32,801 nucleotides of DNA from Verrucomicrobiales bacterium (GCA_947502425.1 CANMZY010000001.1:1-32801), one strand, 5' to 3'; positions 1-9,597 are shown, counted from the stretch's first letter. The notes: a model not told the origin generated them from the letters alone. Numbers and translations are program-made.

Positions 1-1
1 C

Positions 2-1603
2 ATCGCGAGCATCTCCAGCCTGAATTTTCCCGACGACTACCAGCAAGGCATGGCCAGCGCTTCGTTGCTCGGCAACTACACCGTCTCGCTGTGGAAATAC
101 GAATACGAGCGCGGCAACATGCGCGGCTCCAAACGCCTCGATGTCCTCTCCTCGCCGAACGCCGCCTTTCGCCCCGCCGATCTCGCGTTCGGCTTCGACG
201 GCGCGCTCTACGTCTCGGATTTTTGCAGCGCCATCATCGGCCACGCGCAACATGCGATGCGCGACCCGAACTGGAACCACACGCACGGGCGCATCTGGCG
301 CGTGGTGCATGATGCGAAGCCGGTGGTGAAAACTTTCCCGCGCATCGAGGGTGCGCGCGTGCCTGAACTGCTCGCGCTGCTCCAGCATCCGCAGGACATC
401 GTCCGGCATCACGCCCGCATCGAACTCCGGAAGTCCGGTGCGGCCATGCTCCCGGCCTTGGACAAATGGATCGCCGGGATGGACCGCGCGAAACCGGAGT
501 TCGACCAGTCCGCGCTCGAAGCGCTCTTCGTCGCCGAGGGACTCGACCAGCCCCGTCCCGCGCTGCTAGCCGAACTGCTGAAATCCAAATCCTCGCTCCA
601 TCGCGCCGCCGCCGTGCGCATGATCCGTTTCCAGGGCGACCGCCTGTCCAACACTGCCGACCTGCTCCACGACATGGCCGCCGATTCCCATCCGCGCGTG
701 CAGATGGAAGTCGTGGACGCCATCGCGCATCTCCGTCCCGCCATGCCCGCGGTTGAACACGCCCTGCACGGTCTTGAAACCACCCACGCCGACGTGCAGC
801 ACATGCTTGGCGATCTCAAGCACGGCACCAAGCCGGCCAAAGGCCGCAGCGTTCCTGTCCTCGAAATCGCGCCCGAAACCCGCCTCACTCAATGGCTCGA
901 ACTCGGTAAAGGCGCGCGTCGCACCTTTGTGAAGGCTGAGGCCGCCCAGCCCGCCGTCCTCTCCGTCCGTCACGGCTACCTCGACATTCTCGTGAATGGT
1001 GTACAACTGCTCTCCTCCGATTCCATGTGGATCAACGACCAGCAGGTCCAACTCGATCTCCGTGCCGGCCTCAACGTCATCGATGTCGCATTCCGCAACA
1101 CCAAGAACCCACCGTCCGTGTTCCTCTACGACCCGCTCGGTCAGCGTCTCACCACCGCGCGCCCTGCCGCCGACACCAACACCCTCAGTGCCTTCGCCGC
1201 CGAGTTCGACAAGGCGAGCGCTGCTCTCGGCGACGCGCTCATCGTTCAGGCCGTGCCGAACAAAATGCAATTCGCACCCAAGGAACTCCGGGTGAAAGCC
1301 GGCGCGAAAGTCCGCCTCATTTTCGAGAACCCCGACCTGATGATTCACAACCTCCTCATCCTCGCGCCTGGTTCCGCCGAGGAAGTCGGCGCACTCGCCG
1401 ACAAACTGGCCCTTCAGCCCGACGGTCTGGCCCGGGGTTACATTCCTGAGTCGAAGAAAATCCTCCACGCCACGCCGCTCGTGCAGCCGAAGCGGAAAGC
1501 CGAGCTGGTTTTCACCGCTCCTGCCGAGCCGGGCAGCTATCCCTTCATCTGCACCTTCCCCGGCCACTGGCGCATCATGCGCGGCGTGCTGGTGGTCGAA
1601 TAG
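2..1603 (+). CDS. HEAT-repeat protein with C-terminal cupredoxin (azurin-like type-1 copper) domain; 5' end lies outside the window
   Basis: The frame of the listed ORF 50..1603 is open from nt 2 (IASISSLNFPDDYQQG precedes the listed Met), so the gene is cut by the window edge. It has repeated helical HEAT-like segments. The C-terminus carries an upstream His (MIHNLLIL) and ICTFPGHWRIM, i.e. Cys-x4-His-x3-Met, the azurin ligand spacing. Confidence 0.8.
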   Translation: MASISSLNFPDDYQQGMASASLLGNYTVSLWKYEYERGNMRGSKRLDVLSSPNAAFRPADLAFGFDGALYVSDFCSAIIGHAQHAMRDPNWNHTHGRIWRVVHDAKPVVKTFPRIEGARVPELLALLQHPQDIVRHHARIELRKSGAAMLPALDKWIAGMDRAKPEFDQSALEALFVAEGLDQPRPALLAELLKSKSSLHRAAAVRMIRFQGDRLSNTADLLHDMAADSHPRVQMEVVDAIAHLRPAMPAVEHALHGLETTHADVQHMLGDLKHGTKPAKGRSVPVLEIAPETRLTQWLELGKGARRTFVKAEAAQPAVLSVRHGYLDILVNGVQLLSSDSMWINDQQVQLDLRAGLNVIDVAFRNTKNPPSVFLYDPLGQRLTTARPAADTNTLSAFAAEFDKASAALGDALIVQAVPNKMQFAPKELRVKAGAKVRLIFENPDLMIHNLLILAPGSAEEVGALADKLALQPDGLARGYIPESKKILHATPLVQPKRKAELVFTAPAEPGSYPFICTFPGHWRIMRGVLVVE

Positions 1604-1656
1604 GAAGTGCGGACGGTGGAGCGGTGGCCATTGCCTGAACCGGCAGGAGTCGGCGG

Positions 1657-1968
1657 CTACTTCATGAGTGTTTCGAGCGCCTTGTCGCGCTTGCCGGCGT
1701 TTTCCTGAATGCCCGCCAGGGCGGCTCCGGTCTTGCTGTCGATCGTCGGTTTGGGAGAGGCGAGCAGATTTTCCGAAACATACTTTTGCAATTCCACCTG
1801 GTAGGCGCCCAGTCCTCCCAGCACGGCGAGCAGCAGGACCGACCTCACCCAGAAAAAGATTTTGGCGTTTCGTTCCCGCCGATGAATCCGGCGTCGTTCG
1901 AGAATTTGTTCCGCCTCAGCCTCGGCGGCGATCTGGTTCATGGCATTGCAAAAAGATTTGTCATGCAT
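1657..1968 (-). CDS. small single-pass membrane protein, hypothetical
   Basis: This is the inner part of ORF 1657..2265. After the Met at 1968 (alternative 1941) comes a charged stretch, then one hydrophobic helix (IFFWVRSVLLLAVLGGLGAY) and a soluble tail. The upstream 100 codons overlap the divergent promoter region and look non-coding. No family recognised. Confidence 0.45.
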   Translation of the reverse strand: MHDKSFCNAMNQIAAEAEAEQILERRRIHRRERNAKIFFWVRSVLLLAVLGGLGAYQVELQKYVSENLLASPKPTIDSKTGAALAGIQENAGKRDKALETLMK

Positions 1969-2161
1969 GGCGAGGACTTTAGCAGTGGATATGCCACGAG
2001 CCGTCTTTCGGGAAAAAATCGTGTCAAACACCCCCAATAATGGCTGCAACACACCGGAGCCGGTCAATTTGTTGACATTGTGTCCAAGGAAAACTTCGAC
2101 AATGACGACACCTGACCGAAGACATTTTGCTCCTTGTCGCCGGTTCAACCTTGTCGCCAAT

Positions 2162-4588
2162 ATGCGACTGATGCCGCCACTCCGAACCATCGCCTGCGCA
2201 TATGCCGCGTCGCTCGGAATTTTTTCCGGAGGTCGCATGGCGGGGGCCCCGGCCAGTTTCGACACGGTGCTGAAGCCGTTCCTGACCGAGCACTGCGTCC
2301 GCTGTCACGGGGAGAAAAAACAGAAGGGCGAACTGCGGCTGGACACGTTGGCGCGGGATTTCGCCTCGCCACTTTCCGCCTCGCACTGGGCGGATGTGAT
2401 GGAGCGGATCAGCACCGGCGAAATGCCGCCGGAGGAGGAGCCGAAGCCCAAGGCGGCGGAGGCGGCGCGCATCGCCGAATGGATCGCGGGTCAGATCAAG
2501 GAGGGCGAGAAGACGCGGCTCGCCAAACGCGAGCGCGTGACCTTTCACAAGCTGACGCGCGAGGAATACGCGAACACGATCCGCGATCTGCTCAGTGTGA
2601 ATTTTGACGCGACCGATCCGACCGGGCTGCCGGAGGATCCAAGCTGGCAGGGCTTCGAACGCATCGGCTCGGTGCTGTCGGTCTCGCCGGCGCATGTAGA
2701 AAAATATCTCGCCGCCGCCGAGGCCGTGCTGAACGAAGCCCTGCCGTCCGCGGCTCCGAAAAAACTTTCCAAGCGCAAGGATCCATTTGACCTCCGCTAT
2801 AACGGCCAGCGGCCCAAGGCGGAGAAGCTCGGCCTCGCCAACGGAGCTCGCGTGGAGCTTTGGCCGCATGACGGGCTGGATGTCGGTGCTGAGTTTCTTG
2901 TCTCTGGCGATTATCGGCTGCGGATCAAACTGAGCGGGATGAAACCGCCCCAAGGCCGCGCGCCGCATGTCTCGATCTATGCAAAGGGTCTCGATCGGAT
3001 GTTGTTCGAGCAGGACGTGGTGACGCCGGAGGATCAGCCGGTAATCCTGGAGTTCATCTTCCATGTTCCCGCCGGGCGTCATGATATTCGCCTGACCTGC
3101 GAGGTGCCCGGCCCGTCGAATCTGCCGCGACATGGGCGCTACGATGCGGGACGCTTCTTCACCACGATCAAAGATTCACCCACTGGACGCCAACCCTGGC
3201 AGTGGAAGTTGACGGACGAGGAGGGCGTGCCCATCCGGCCTTTCCTCATCGTGGACTTCGTGGAAGTGGAGGGGCCGCTGCAATCGGCCTGGCCCACGCC
3301 TCAGCAGGAGAAGTTCTTTTCGTCCGGCGGCACGCAGGACGTGGCGCAGGCGCGGGAGATCGTGACGCGCTTTGCCGGGCGCGCGTTTCGTCGGCCCGCG
3401 CGGGCCGACGAAATCAGTCGGCTGGTCAAACTCGTCGAGAGCGAGTTACAGAGCGGCGAGAAGTTTGAAGCGGCGGTGAAGACCGCGCTGGTCGGGACTT
3501 TGTGTGCGAAGGATTTTCTCTATCTCGTCGAAGGTTCCGCCGGCCAGGTGAACCCGCGCCTCAACGACTGGGAACTGGCTTCGCGCCTTTCCTATTTTCT
3601 CTGGAGCACGATGCCCGACGACCGCCTCTTCGATCTCGCGCGGACGAACGCCCTGCATCAGCCGGCGGTTCTGCGCGGCGAGGTCGCGCGGATGCTGCGC
3701 GATCCCAAGGCGGCGCGGTTTACGACCGGCTTCCCGAAGCAATGGCTGCAGTTGAAACACGTCGGCATGTTTCCGCCGGACAAGAAGCTTTACCCGGACT
3801 ACGACGCGCATCTGGAGAAGAGCATGATCGCCGAGGGCACGGAGTTTTTCCGCGAGGTGCTGGAGAAAAATTTGAGCGTGCGCGAATTCCTCGACTCGGA
3901 CTGGACCTTGTTGAACGCGCGGCTCGCCGACCACTACGGCATCGCGGGCGTGAAGGGCGATGTGTTCCAGCGCGTGGCCTTGCGGCCGGAGGATCATCGC
4001 GGGGGACTGCTCACCCAGGCCGGCGTGCTCAGCCTCACCTCCGACGGCCAGCGCCATCGCCCGGTGCATCGCGGGAAATGGGTGCTCGAAACCATCTTCA
4101 ACAAACCGCCGCCTCCGCCGCCAGCCAATGTGAAGCCCATCGAGCCCACACCCGCCGGCCAGCCCAAGGCGACGTTGCGCATGAAACTTGAAGCGCACAA
4201 GAGCGACGAAAACTGCGCGGCCTGTCATCGCAAGATCGACCCGCTCGGCCTGGCCTTCGACAATTACGACGCCATTGGCCGCTGGCGCACGGAGGAAGCC
4301 GTGAGGGACGGAGCGGGTGCGAATCCCAAAGTCGATGCCAGCGGCGTGCTGCCCGACGGACGCAAGTTCGCCGACGGCGCCGACCTGCGACGGCTGCTCG
4401 TCGCGGACACGGACAAATTCGCCGCCGCCTTTGTCGAGAAGCTCGCCACCTACGCGCTGCGCCGCGCGATGACGATCGACGACCGTCGCGCCCTGTCCGC
4501 GCTGGCCTCGCAAAGCAAGGCGACGGAATATCGGCTTCGTGAGATTGTCGAAGCACTGGTCGTTTCGGATCTCTTTCAGCAACGCTGA
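2162..4588 (+). CDS. DUF1592-family multidomain protein (DUF1587/DUF1592/DUF1595/DUF1588/DUF1585 type) with N-terminal cytochrome-c-like CxxCH motif
   Basis: Signal-like N-terminus MRLMPPLRTIACAYAASLGIF, then FLTEHCVRCHGEKKQKGELRLD (planctomycete cytochrome c motif). A second CxxCH lies near the C-terminus (NCAACHRKIDPLG). The gene sits directly upstream of a DUF1552 gene, the usual partner. Start uncertain: in-frame ATGs at 1940 and 2102 are alternatives. Confidence 0.85.
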   Translation: MRLMPPLRTIACAYAASLGIFSGGRMAGAPASFDTVLKPFLTEHCVRCHGEKKQKGELRLDTLARDFASPLSASHWADVMERISTGEMPPEEEPKPKAAEAARIAEWIAGQIKEGEKTRLAKRERVTFHKLTREEYANTIRDLLSVNFDATDPTGLPEDPSWQGFERIGSVLSVSPAHVEKYLAAAEAVLNEALPSAAPKKLSKRKDPFDLRYNGQRPKAEKLGLANGARVELWPHDGLDVGAEFLVSGDYRLRIKLSGMKPPQGRAPHVSIYAKGLDRMLFEQDVVTPEDQPVILEFIFHVPAGRHDIRLTCEVPGPSNLPRHGRYDAGRFFTTIKDSPTGRQPWQWKLTDEEGVPIRPFLIVDFVEVEGPLQSAWPTPQQEKFFSSGGTQDVAQAREIVTRFAGRAFRRPARADEISRLVKLVESELQSGEKFEAAVKTALVGTLCAKDFLYLVEGSAGQVNPRLNDWELASRLSYFLWSTMPDDRLFDLARTNALHQPAVLRGEVARMLRDPKAARFTTGFPKQWLQLKHVGMFPPDKKLYPDYDAHLEKSMIAEGTEFFREVLEKNLSVREFLDSDWTLLNARLADHYGIAGVKGDVFQRVALRPEDHRGGLLTQAGVLSLTSDGQRHRPVHRGKWVLETIFNKPPPPPPANVKPIEPTPAGQPKATLRMKLEAHKSDENCAACHRKIDPLGLAFDNYDAIGRWRTEEAVRDGAGANPKVDASGVLPDGRKFADGADLRRLLVADTDKFAAAFVEKLATYALRRAMTIDDRRALSALASQSKATEYRLREIVEALVVSDLFQQR

Positions 4589-4597
4589 TAAAAAATT

Positions 4598-5995
4598 ATG
4601 AGCAACATCCTCACCCAGCGCTGGCTCCTGAACCGCCGCCACTTCCTGCGTGGCCTCGGCGCAACCGTCGCCCTGCCGCTGCTCGATTGCATGAAGCCGT
4701 TGCGCGCCCTCGCCGCCGAAGCCGCCAAGCCCCGCCGCGCCGTCTTCGTCTATATTCCCAACGGCGTGAACGTGCTCACCTGGCAGATCACCAAGGCTGG
4801 GCGCGATTACGAATTCAGCGCGCCGATGCGTTCCCTTGAAAAACATCGTGCGAACCTGACGCCCATCAGCGGCCTGTATCACCCCGGCGGCCTCGGCACG
4901 GCGCATGTCTGCGCCGACCTCTGGCTGACCGGCGCAAAACTCAGCCAGGAGGGCGGCGCCTATCGCAACAGCGTTTCCTGCGATCAGCTCATGGCCGAAG
5001 TCACCTCGGTCCAGACGCGGTTTTCGTCGCTCGAACTTTCCCTCGCCAGCGGCACCGGCGCGCCGGGCAATGTCATCAACACGCTTTCCTGGTCGCGCGA
5101 TGGCGTGCCGCTGCCCGCCGAGGACAATCCGCGCAATGTCTTCAACCGCCTCTTCGGCGAAGAGCCGGGCGGTGTCGAAGTGCGCCGCCGCCGTCTCAAC
5201 CGCCGTCACGGCGTGCTCGACACCGTGCTCGACGACGCGCGTTCGCTCCGCCGCACGCTCGGCGGCGAAGACCGCACCAAGCTCGACGAGTATCTGACCG
5301 CCGTCCGCGAAGTCGAGGTGCGCACCGAGCGACTCGACGCCTGGCTCAACGTCCCCAAGCCCAAGCTTGGGCCGGACGTCACCGGCCACTTCCAGCGCGA
5401 TGTCTCCAAGTCGCAGGCCGGCGAATATTACCGCACCATGTATGACCTCATCGTGCTCGCGTTGCGCACGGACATGACGCGCGTCATCACCTACATGAGC
5501 GGCACGGAGGGCAACGGGCTGGCCATTCCCGAAATCGGCATCACCCAGACCCGGCACGAATTGTCCCATCACAGTGGCGATCCCGAAATCATGGCGCGCC
5601 TGAGCAAGAGCGACGCATTTATCACCGAGCAGTTCTCGTATTTTCTCGACCAGCTCACGGCGGTGCGCGACGGCGAAGAGTCATTGCTGGACCGCACGAT
5701 GGTTCTTTTCGGCAGCGGCATGAGCTACGGCCACAGCCACGGCAACGCCAACCTGCCCACGATCTTCGCCGGTGGCCGCGCCCTTGGCTTCAAGCACGGC
5801 CAGCACCTCGATTACAACCTGCCGAAAATTAAAAACTACGACCTCGCCAATGCCGGCGCGCACTACGGCGTCTGCGGAAAGCCCGTGGACGACAAGGCCT
5901 GCCTGAGCAACCTCCTCCTCACCATGCTGCAAAAGATGGAGGTGAAGTCCGAGAAATTCGTGGACAGCCTGGGGCCGGTTTCGGACCTGGTTTGA
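4598..5995 (+). CDS. DUF1552 (HXXSHH) domain protein, Tat-signal bearing
   Basis: N-terminus has a twin-arginine motif ([19 protein letters not shown]). The family-defining HxxSHH motif is present as RHELSHHSG. The start is 9 nt after the DUF1592 stop, so they are probably co-transcribed. Confidence 0.9.
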   Translation: MSNILTQRWLLNRRHFLRGLGATVALPLLDCMKPLRALAAEAAKPRRAVFVYIPNGVNVLTWQITKAGRDYEFSAPMRSLEKHRANLTPISGLYHPGGLGTAHVCADLWLTGAKLSQEGGAYRNSVSCDQLMAEVTSVQTRFSSLELSLASGTGAPGNVINTLSWSRDGVPLPAEDNPRNVFNRLFGEEPGGVEVRRRRLNRRHGVLDTVLDDARSLRRTLGGEDRTKLDEYLTAVREVEVRTERLDAWLNVPKPKLGPDVTGHFQRDVSKSQAGEYYRTMYDLIVLALRTDMTRVITYMSGTEGNGLAIPEIGITQTRHELSHHSGDPEIMARLSKSDAFITEQFSYFLDQLTAVRDGEESLLDRTMVLFGSGMSYGHSHGNANLPTIFAGGRALGFKHGQHLDYNLPKIKNYDLANAGAHYGVCGKPVDDKACLSNLLLTMLQKMEVKSEKFVDSLGPVSDLV

Positions 5996-6100
5996 AATGA
6001 CGAAATCAGAATGGCGAATCACTGTTGCATTACTGAACGAACCATCGACCCCGGGTTGTTTTCGTCATTGGCCGCCACGCCCTTCCCATACGCTAAAGCG
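5993..6100 (+). promoter_or_regulatory. conserved upstream element, copy A (AATGACGAA words + 46-nt core beginning with ATG)
   Basis: The core at 6010-6055 matches 6821-6866 at 35 of 46 positions in my hand alignment. It is flanked by AATGACGAAA (5997-6006) and its exact reverse complement TTTCGTCATT (6061-6070). The core ATG (6011) is in frame with the downstream gene. Confidence 0.45.
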
Positions 6101-6121
6101 CAAACCCGTCCTCAAAATTCA

Positions 6122-6796
6122 ATGAAACCACTGCTCCTTGCCCTGCGCGCCGCCTTGCTGCTTCCACTGGCCGCGCGATGCGCCGATGGACCGCACCAAC
6201 GCGGAGATATTGGAACTGTTTCGCCTGCGGCGCGGCCCCTGATGCAAAAGGCGATCCAGGCGGCTGGCGGCAGAACCAATCTATTGGGCTGCTTCACCTT
6301 CAAGGATCATGTGCGGTTGGGCGAGAAGGACCCCGGCTTCGGCGCGAAACGTGAAAGTGTTATGGACGCGCCGCGTCACTGGTGGCTCAAGGCACCCGGC
6401 GGGTTCTCGGAACGCGAGGATGAACCCGCGAGGTTCCTGGTCTGGGCTTGGACACTCGGCGCGCTCACCGACCCGGTTTCGAGGATTGAAGTCGTACCAG
6501 ACTTGAAGGATGGCGACATGGAACTCTGGGGCCTGCGGGTCAGCGGCAGCGTGAAACCGGCGATGGAACTCTACTTCAGCCGGACCAACGACCTGCTGGC
6601 CCGCATTGATTGGCGAAGCGACATCCATCGGTTCTCGGGTCGGACTAATTTGCCGGCCGGCACGAAGTATCCGACCAGCGTGGTCGGCTCCAAGAAGACC
6701 ACCGGCAAGGCGTGGTATTACGATGACGTAACCGAAGTCATCCCGCTGAAGGAACTGCCCGAGAAATTGCAACGAGCGCACCCCTCCGCAAAATGA
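6122..6796 (+). CDS. secreted hypothetical protein
   Basis: Classic signal peptide MKPLLLALRAALLLPLAARCADG at the inner Met of ORF 6011..6796. No recognisable family. The alternative start at 6011 would add a 37-aa extension (see findings). Confidence 0.65.
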   Translation: MKPLLLALRAALLLPLAARCADGPHQRGDIGTVSPAARPLMQKAIQAAGGRTNLLGCFTFKDHVRLGEKDPGFGAKRESVMDAPRHWWLKAPGGFSEREDEPARFLVWAWTLGALTDPVSRIEVVPDLKDGDMELWGLRVSGSVKPAMELYFSRTNDLLARIDWRSDIHRFSGRTNLPAGTKYPTSVVGSKKTTGKAWYYDDVTEVIPLKELPEKLQRAHPSAK

Positions 6797-6884
6797 CACG
6801 GCGTTTCAGGAATTATGCAAAATGACGAACCACGACTGCATCACTGAGCGAAACCTCGACCGCCGGCCCTTTCCGCCATTCGCC
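6786..6884 (+). promoter_or_regulatory. conserved upstream element, copy B
   Basis: CAAAATGAC occurs twice (6788, 6817). The core 6821-6866 is homologous to 6010-6055, and weaker similarity continues to the ATG at 6885 (ccctttccgccattcgcc versus gcccttcccatacgct in copy A). Confidence 0.45.
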
Positions 6885-8003
6885 ATGCGCCGTTCCTTAT
6901 TGCGCCTCGCCGCTGCCGTTTCGTCATTCGTCATTCTGGTTTCGTCATTTGCCGCCCTCGCCGCCGGCGCGGAAAAAAAAACCACGACCTACCAGCTCCA
7001 GCCCGGCCAGTTCCCGCCGGAAGGTTCGGCCAGCTACATCGCGGGCGAGTTGATCCAGATGGATCACGTCAACCGCACCGGCCAGCTCCGTCCCGACCGC
7101 CGGAATGATCAGCGCACGGACGACTACGACCGCGCGATGCTGTTTGCGATGCTGCCCTACGGCACCTTTCGTTACCACGGCGCGCCCGCGGAATTGCGCG
7201 ACCTTCCCATCGGCACCCACCTGCACGGGCAGTTCTATTTCGAGGCGAAGCAGGGCCGTCCGGCCAAAGGCGGTTTCGGCTGGGCCTTTATGCTCGAAGA
7301 CGACTTCAGTTTCCAGCAACGCCAGAAACGCGTGTGGCGCCTAGATGTCATCGACCTGAACAAGGGCAGCATCACCGTCACCGGCCTCTCCCTTGCCGAC
7401 AACCAGCCCGACGGGAAACCCACCGTCTTCAAGGTGAATCCCGCCACGCGCGTCTGGAAAGACCGCGGCTTCGGCGTGCTCACCAACCTCACCGTCGGTC
7501 AGTCGTTGCTCATCAACTTCACCGTGGCCACCCTCAAAGGCCCCGGCCGCTGTACCGACATCTGGCTCGACGACGAGAGCCGTGCGCTGGCCGCCGCGCG
7601 CCAGACCGAGGTGCATCGCGCCCACCAGAAAACCCACGGGCTGGCCGGATGGATTGAGGCGGTGGACAACGAGAAGAGCCGCGTCACCATCACGCTCTTT
7701 GGCGGATTCGATTCCGCGCTGACCAATGATTTCAAACTCAAGTCCCGCGTCGCCGCGCTCGTGGCGGAGGATTCACTGCGCCCCTACGATCAGATCAATG
7801 ACCGGATGTATTGCGAGGTGCTGGAGATCCGGAGCATTCCCGTGGCCCCCGGCAGCAGCGGCCTGCAGCTTGTCATCAAGCCCGAGAACCTGCTCGAAGG
7901 TTTCCGCCCGCGCCGCGTTCTTCGACTCCTTCCAGACAAGTGGGGGCTCGATGATCTGCCCTGGGAGGAAATGCTCTGGCCCGACGATAACCGGGTGAAG
8001 TAG
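6885..8003 (+). CDS. secreted hypothetical protein
   Basis: Signal peptide MRRSLLRLAAAVSSFVILVSSFAALAAGAEKK at the inner Met of ORF 6822..8003. Coding-like composition throughout. The stop is 6 nt before the next gene. No family recognised. Confidence 0.7.
   Translation: MRRSLLRLAAAVSSFVILVSSFAALAAGAEKKTTTYQLQPGQFPPEGSASYIAGELIQMDHVNRTGQLRPDRRNDQRTDDYDRAMLFAMLPYGTFRYHGAPAELRDLPIGTHLHGQFYFEAKQGRPAKGGFGWAFMLEDDFSFQQRQKRVWRLDVIDLNKGSITVTGLSLADNQPDGKPTVFKVNPATRVWKDRGFGVLTNLTVGQSLLINFTVATLKGPGRCTDIWLDDESRALAAARQTEVHRAHQKTHGLAGWIEAVDNEKSRVTITLFGGFDSALTNDFKLKSRVAALVAEDSLRPYDQINDRMYCEVLEIRSIPVAPGSSGLQLVIKPENLLEGFRPRRVLRLLPDKWGLDDLPWEEMLWPDDNRVK
6920..6947. repeat. heptad array TTCGTCA x4 (third unit degenerate: TTCTGGT) inside the signal-peptide coding region
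   Basis: Direct reading gives ttcgtca ttcgtca ttctggt ttcgtca. This is the reverse complement of the AATGACGAA word found upstream. Confidence 0.7.
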
Positions 8004-8009
8004 CCGCCC

Positions 8010-9392
8010 ATGCCCCCGTTCCCATTTTCCCTCGCCATTTCTTGCGCCATTCTTTGGGCCGGTGGCAACCAATGTGTCGCGGCGGTCTTGCCCGTCTCAT
8101 CCGCCAAAACCTTCATCAGCTTCGCCGCCGACGTCGCGCCGATCCTGCAAAGCCGCTGCGTGGCCTGTCACGGGCCCGAAAAGTCCAAGGGTCGCTACCG
8201 TCTCGACACCTTCGCCGGACTGCTCAAGCTCGGCGGAGATCAGGCCACCGTGATCGCCGGCCGGCCCGAAAAGAGCCGACTCTTCCAACTGCTCGTCGAA
8301 AAGAATCCCGACGACCGGATGCCGCAGGACGCGGAGCCACTGCCCGCCGCCGAGATCGCCGTCATTCGTGCGTGGATCGCGGGCGGCGCGAAGTTTGACG
8401 GCGCGAACACGAGCGCGTCTCTCACCGCGCTGCTGCCCCGGCCAGTCCATCCACCCGCGCCGCAACGCTACGCGCAGCCGTGGCCCGTCACCGCGCTGAC
8501 CTTCAACGCCGACGGCTCGGAACTCATCGCGGGCGGCTTTCACGAACTCACTTTCTGGAGCGTGACCAATCACGCTTTACTCCGTCGCGTCGGTGGAATG
8601 CCGGAGCGGATTCAGGCGCTGGCCTGGCAGCCGGGCGGAAACTGGCTGGCCATCGCGGGCGGTGCGCCGGGCCGTTCGGGCGAACTTCTTTTGCTCAATG
8701 TTTCCAGCAACTCCGCGCCGCGCACGCTGGCGGTGACGAGCGACGCGATGCTCTGCGCCACCTTTTCGCTCGATGGCTCGCGGCTCGCCGCCGGGGGCGC
8801 TGACCGGCTGCTGCGGGTTTTCGCGGTGAAGTCCGGTTCGGAAATTCTGCGGCTGGAGCAGCACTCGGACTGGGTTCATAGCACGGCCTTCTCGCCGGAC
8901 GGCCAGCGGCTCGCCTCCGCCAGCCGCGACCGCACGGCGCGCGTTTACAATTCTACGAACGGCGCCGCCATCGCCACGTTTCGCGGCCACGAGGCGGCGG
9001 TGGAGTTTGTGACGTTCAACGACGATGGTAAAGTTCTGCTGACCGCCGGCACAGATCGCAAGGTGCGCTTCTCCAGTTTCACCGAGACGAACAAGCCGGG
9101 AGAGTTCGCCAAGTTCGAGGTCGCGGTGACGGGGTTGGCGCGGGTGGAACAGTCGGTGTTCATCGCGCTGGCGGATGGGCGGGTCACGCAGCGGCGCCTC
9201 GTCAAGCGCGCCGAAGTGCGGGCGTTCACCGGCCACGGCGACCGCGTGACGGCGCTGGCGTTTCACGCGCCGTCGCAACGGCTCGCGACCGGCGCGCACG
9301 ACGGCAAGGTGCGGCTGTGGAATTTGGCGGATGGAAAACTGCTCGGTGAATTCACCGCCTCGCCGGGTTTTGTCGAAGTGGCGGGGAAGTAA
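8010..9392 (+). CDS. planctomycete-type cytochrome c domain (PSCyt1-like) fused to WD40 beta-propeller repeats
   Basis: FAADVAPILQSRCVACHGPEKSKGRYRLDTF near the N-terminus. This is followed by repeated WD-like units (e.g. HSDWVHSTAFSPDGQRLASASRDRTARVYN, GHGDRVTALAFHAPSQRLATGAHDGKVRLWN). Confidence 0.85.
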   Translation: MPPFPFSLAISCAILWAGGNQCVAAVLPVSSAKTFISFAADVAPILQSRCVACHGPEKSKGRYRLDTFAGLLKLGGDQATVIAGRPEKSRLFQLLVEKNPDDRMPQDAEPLPAAEIAVIRAWIAGGAKFDGANTSASLTALLPRPVHPPAPQRYAQPWPVTALTFNADGSELIAGGFHELTFWSVTNHALLRRVGGMPERIQALAWQPGGNWLAIAGGAPGRSGELLLLNVSSNSAPRTLAVTSDAMLCATFSLDGSRLAAGGADRLLRVFAVKSGSEILRLEQHSDWVHSTAFSPDGQRLASASRDRTARVYNSTNGAAIATFRGHEAAVEFVTFNDDGKVLLTAGTDRKVRFSSFTETNKPGEFAKFEVAVTGLARVEQSVFIALADGRVTQRRLVKRAEVRAFTGHGDRVTALAFHAPSQRLATGAHDGKVRLWNLADGKLLGEFTASPGFVEVAGK

Positions 9393-9411
9393 TTTTAGTG
9401 GAAGCGGGACT

Positions 9412-9597
9412 GGGAACATCGAACAACCAACATCCAAGGAGTGTAGGTTTGCTCATCGAGCGGGTGTAGCGGCGTCTCGGAAGAGCACCCCATTTCTTTT
9501 CTCGAACGGCGCTCTGCTGAGACGCTGCCACGAACATTCACGAACGGCTTCGGCAATTGGATGTTCGATGTTGAATGTTGGTTGTTGGATGTTTCCT
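9412..9597. repeat. intergenic inverted-repeat element (arms GGAACATCGAACAACCAACATCCAA / its near-complement) enclosing an internal hairpin
   Basis: The left arm is 9413-9437. The right arm at 9572-9596 is its reverse complement with about 3 mismatches, plus an extra partial copy at 9558-9571. Internal imperfect stem: gcgtctc (9472-9478) / gagacgc (9520-9526). It lies between two convergent genes. Confidence 0.6.

Noticed and set aside
1940-2161. ATG 1940 as the start of the DUF1592 gene (the longest ORF).
   Set aside because: It would overlap the divergent small gene and add 74 residues with no signal-peptide character. The hydrophobic leader and the family motif begin after 2162, though ATG 2102 remains an open alternative.
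3446-5572. 708-aa minus-strand ORF spanning the DUF1592/DUF1552 genes. Similar long antisense ORFs: 566..1567, 2024..3133, 8577..9437, 9561..10232, 10281..10967.
   Set aside because: They lie antisense to genes with clear family motifs. They have Arg/Gly/Ala/His-rich, low-complexity composition typical of shadow ORFs in high-GC DNA. No recognisable domains.
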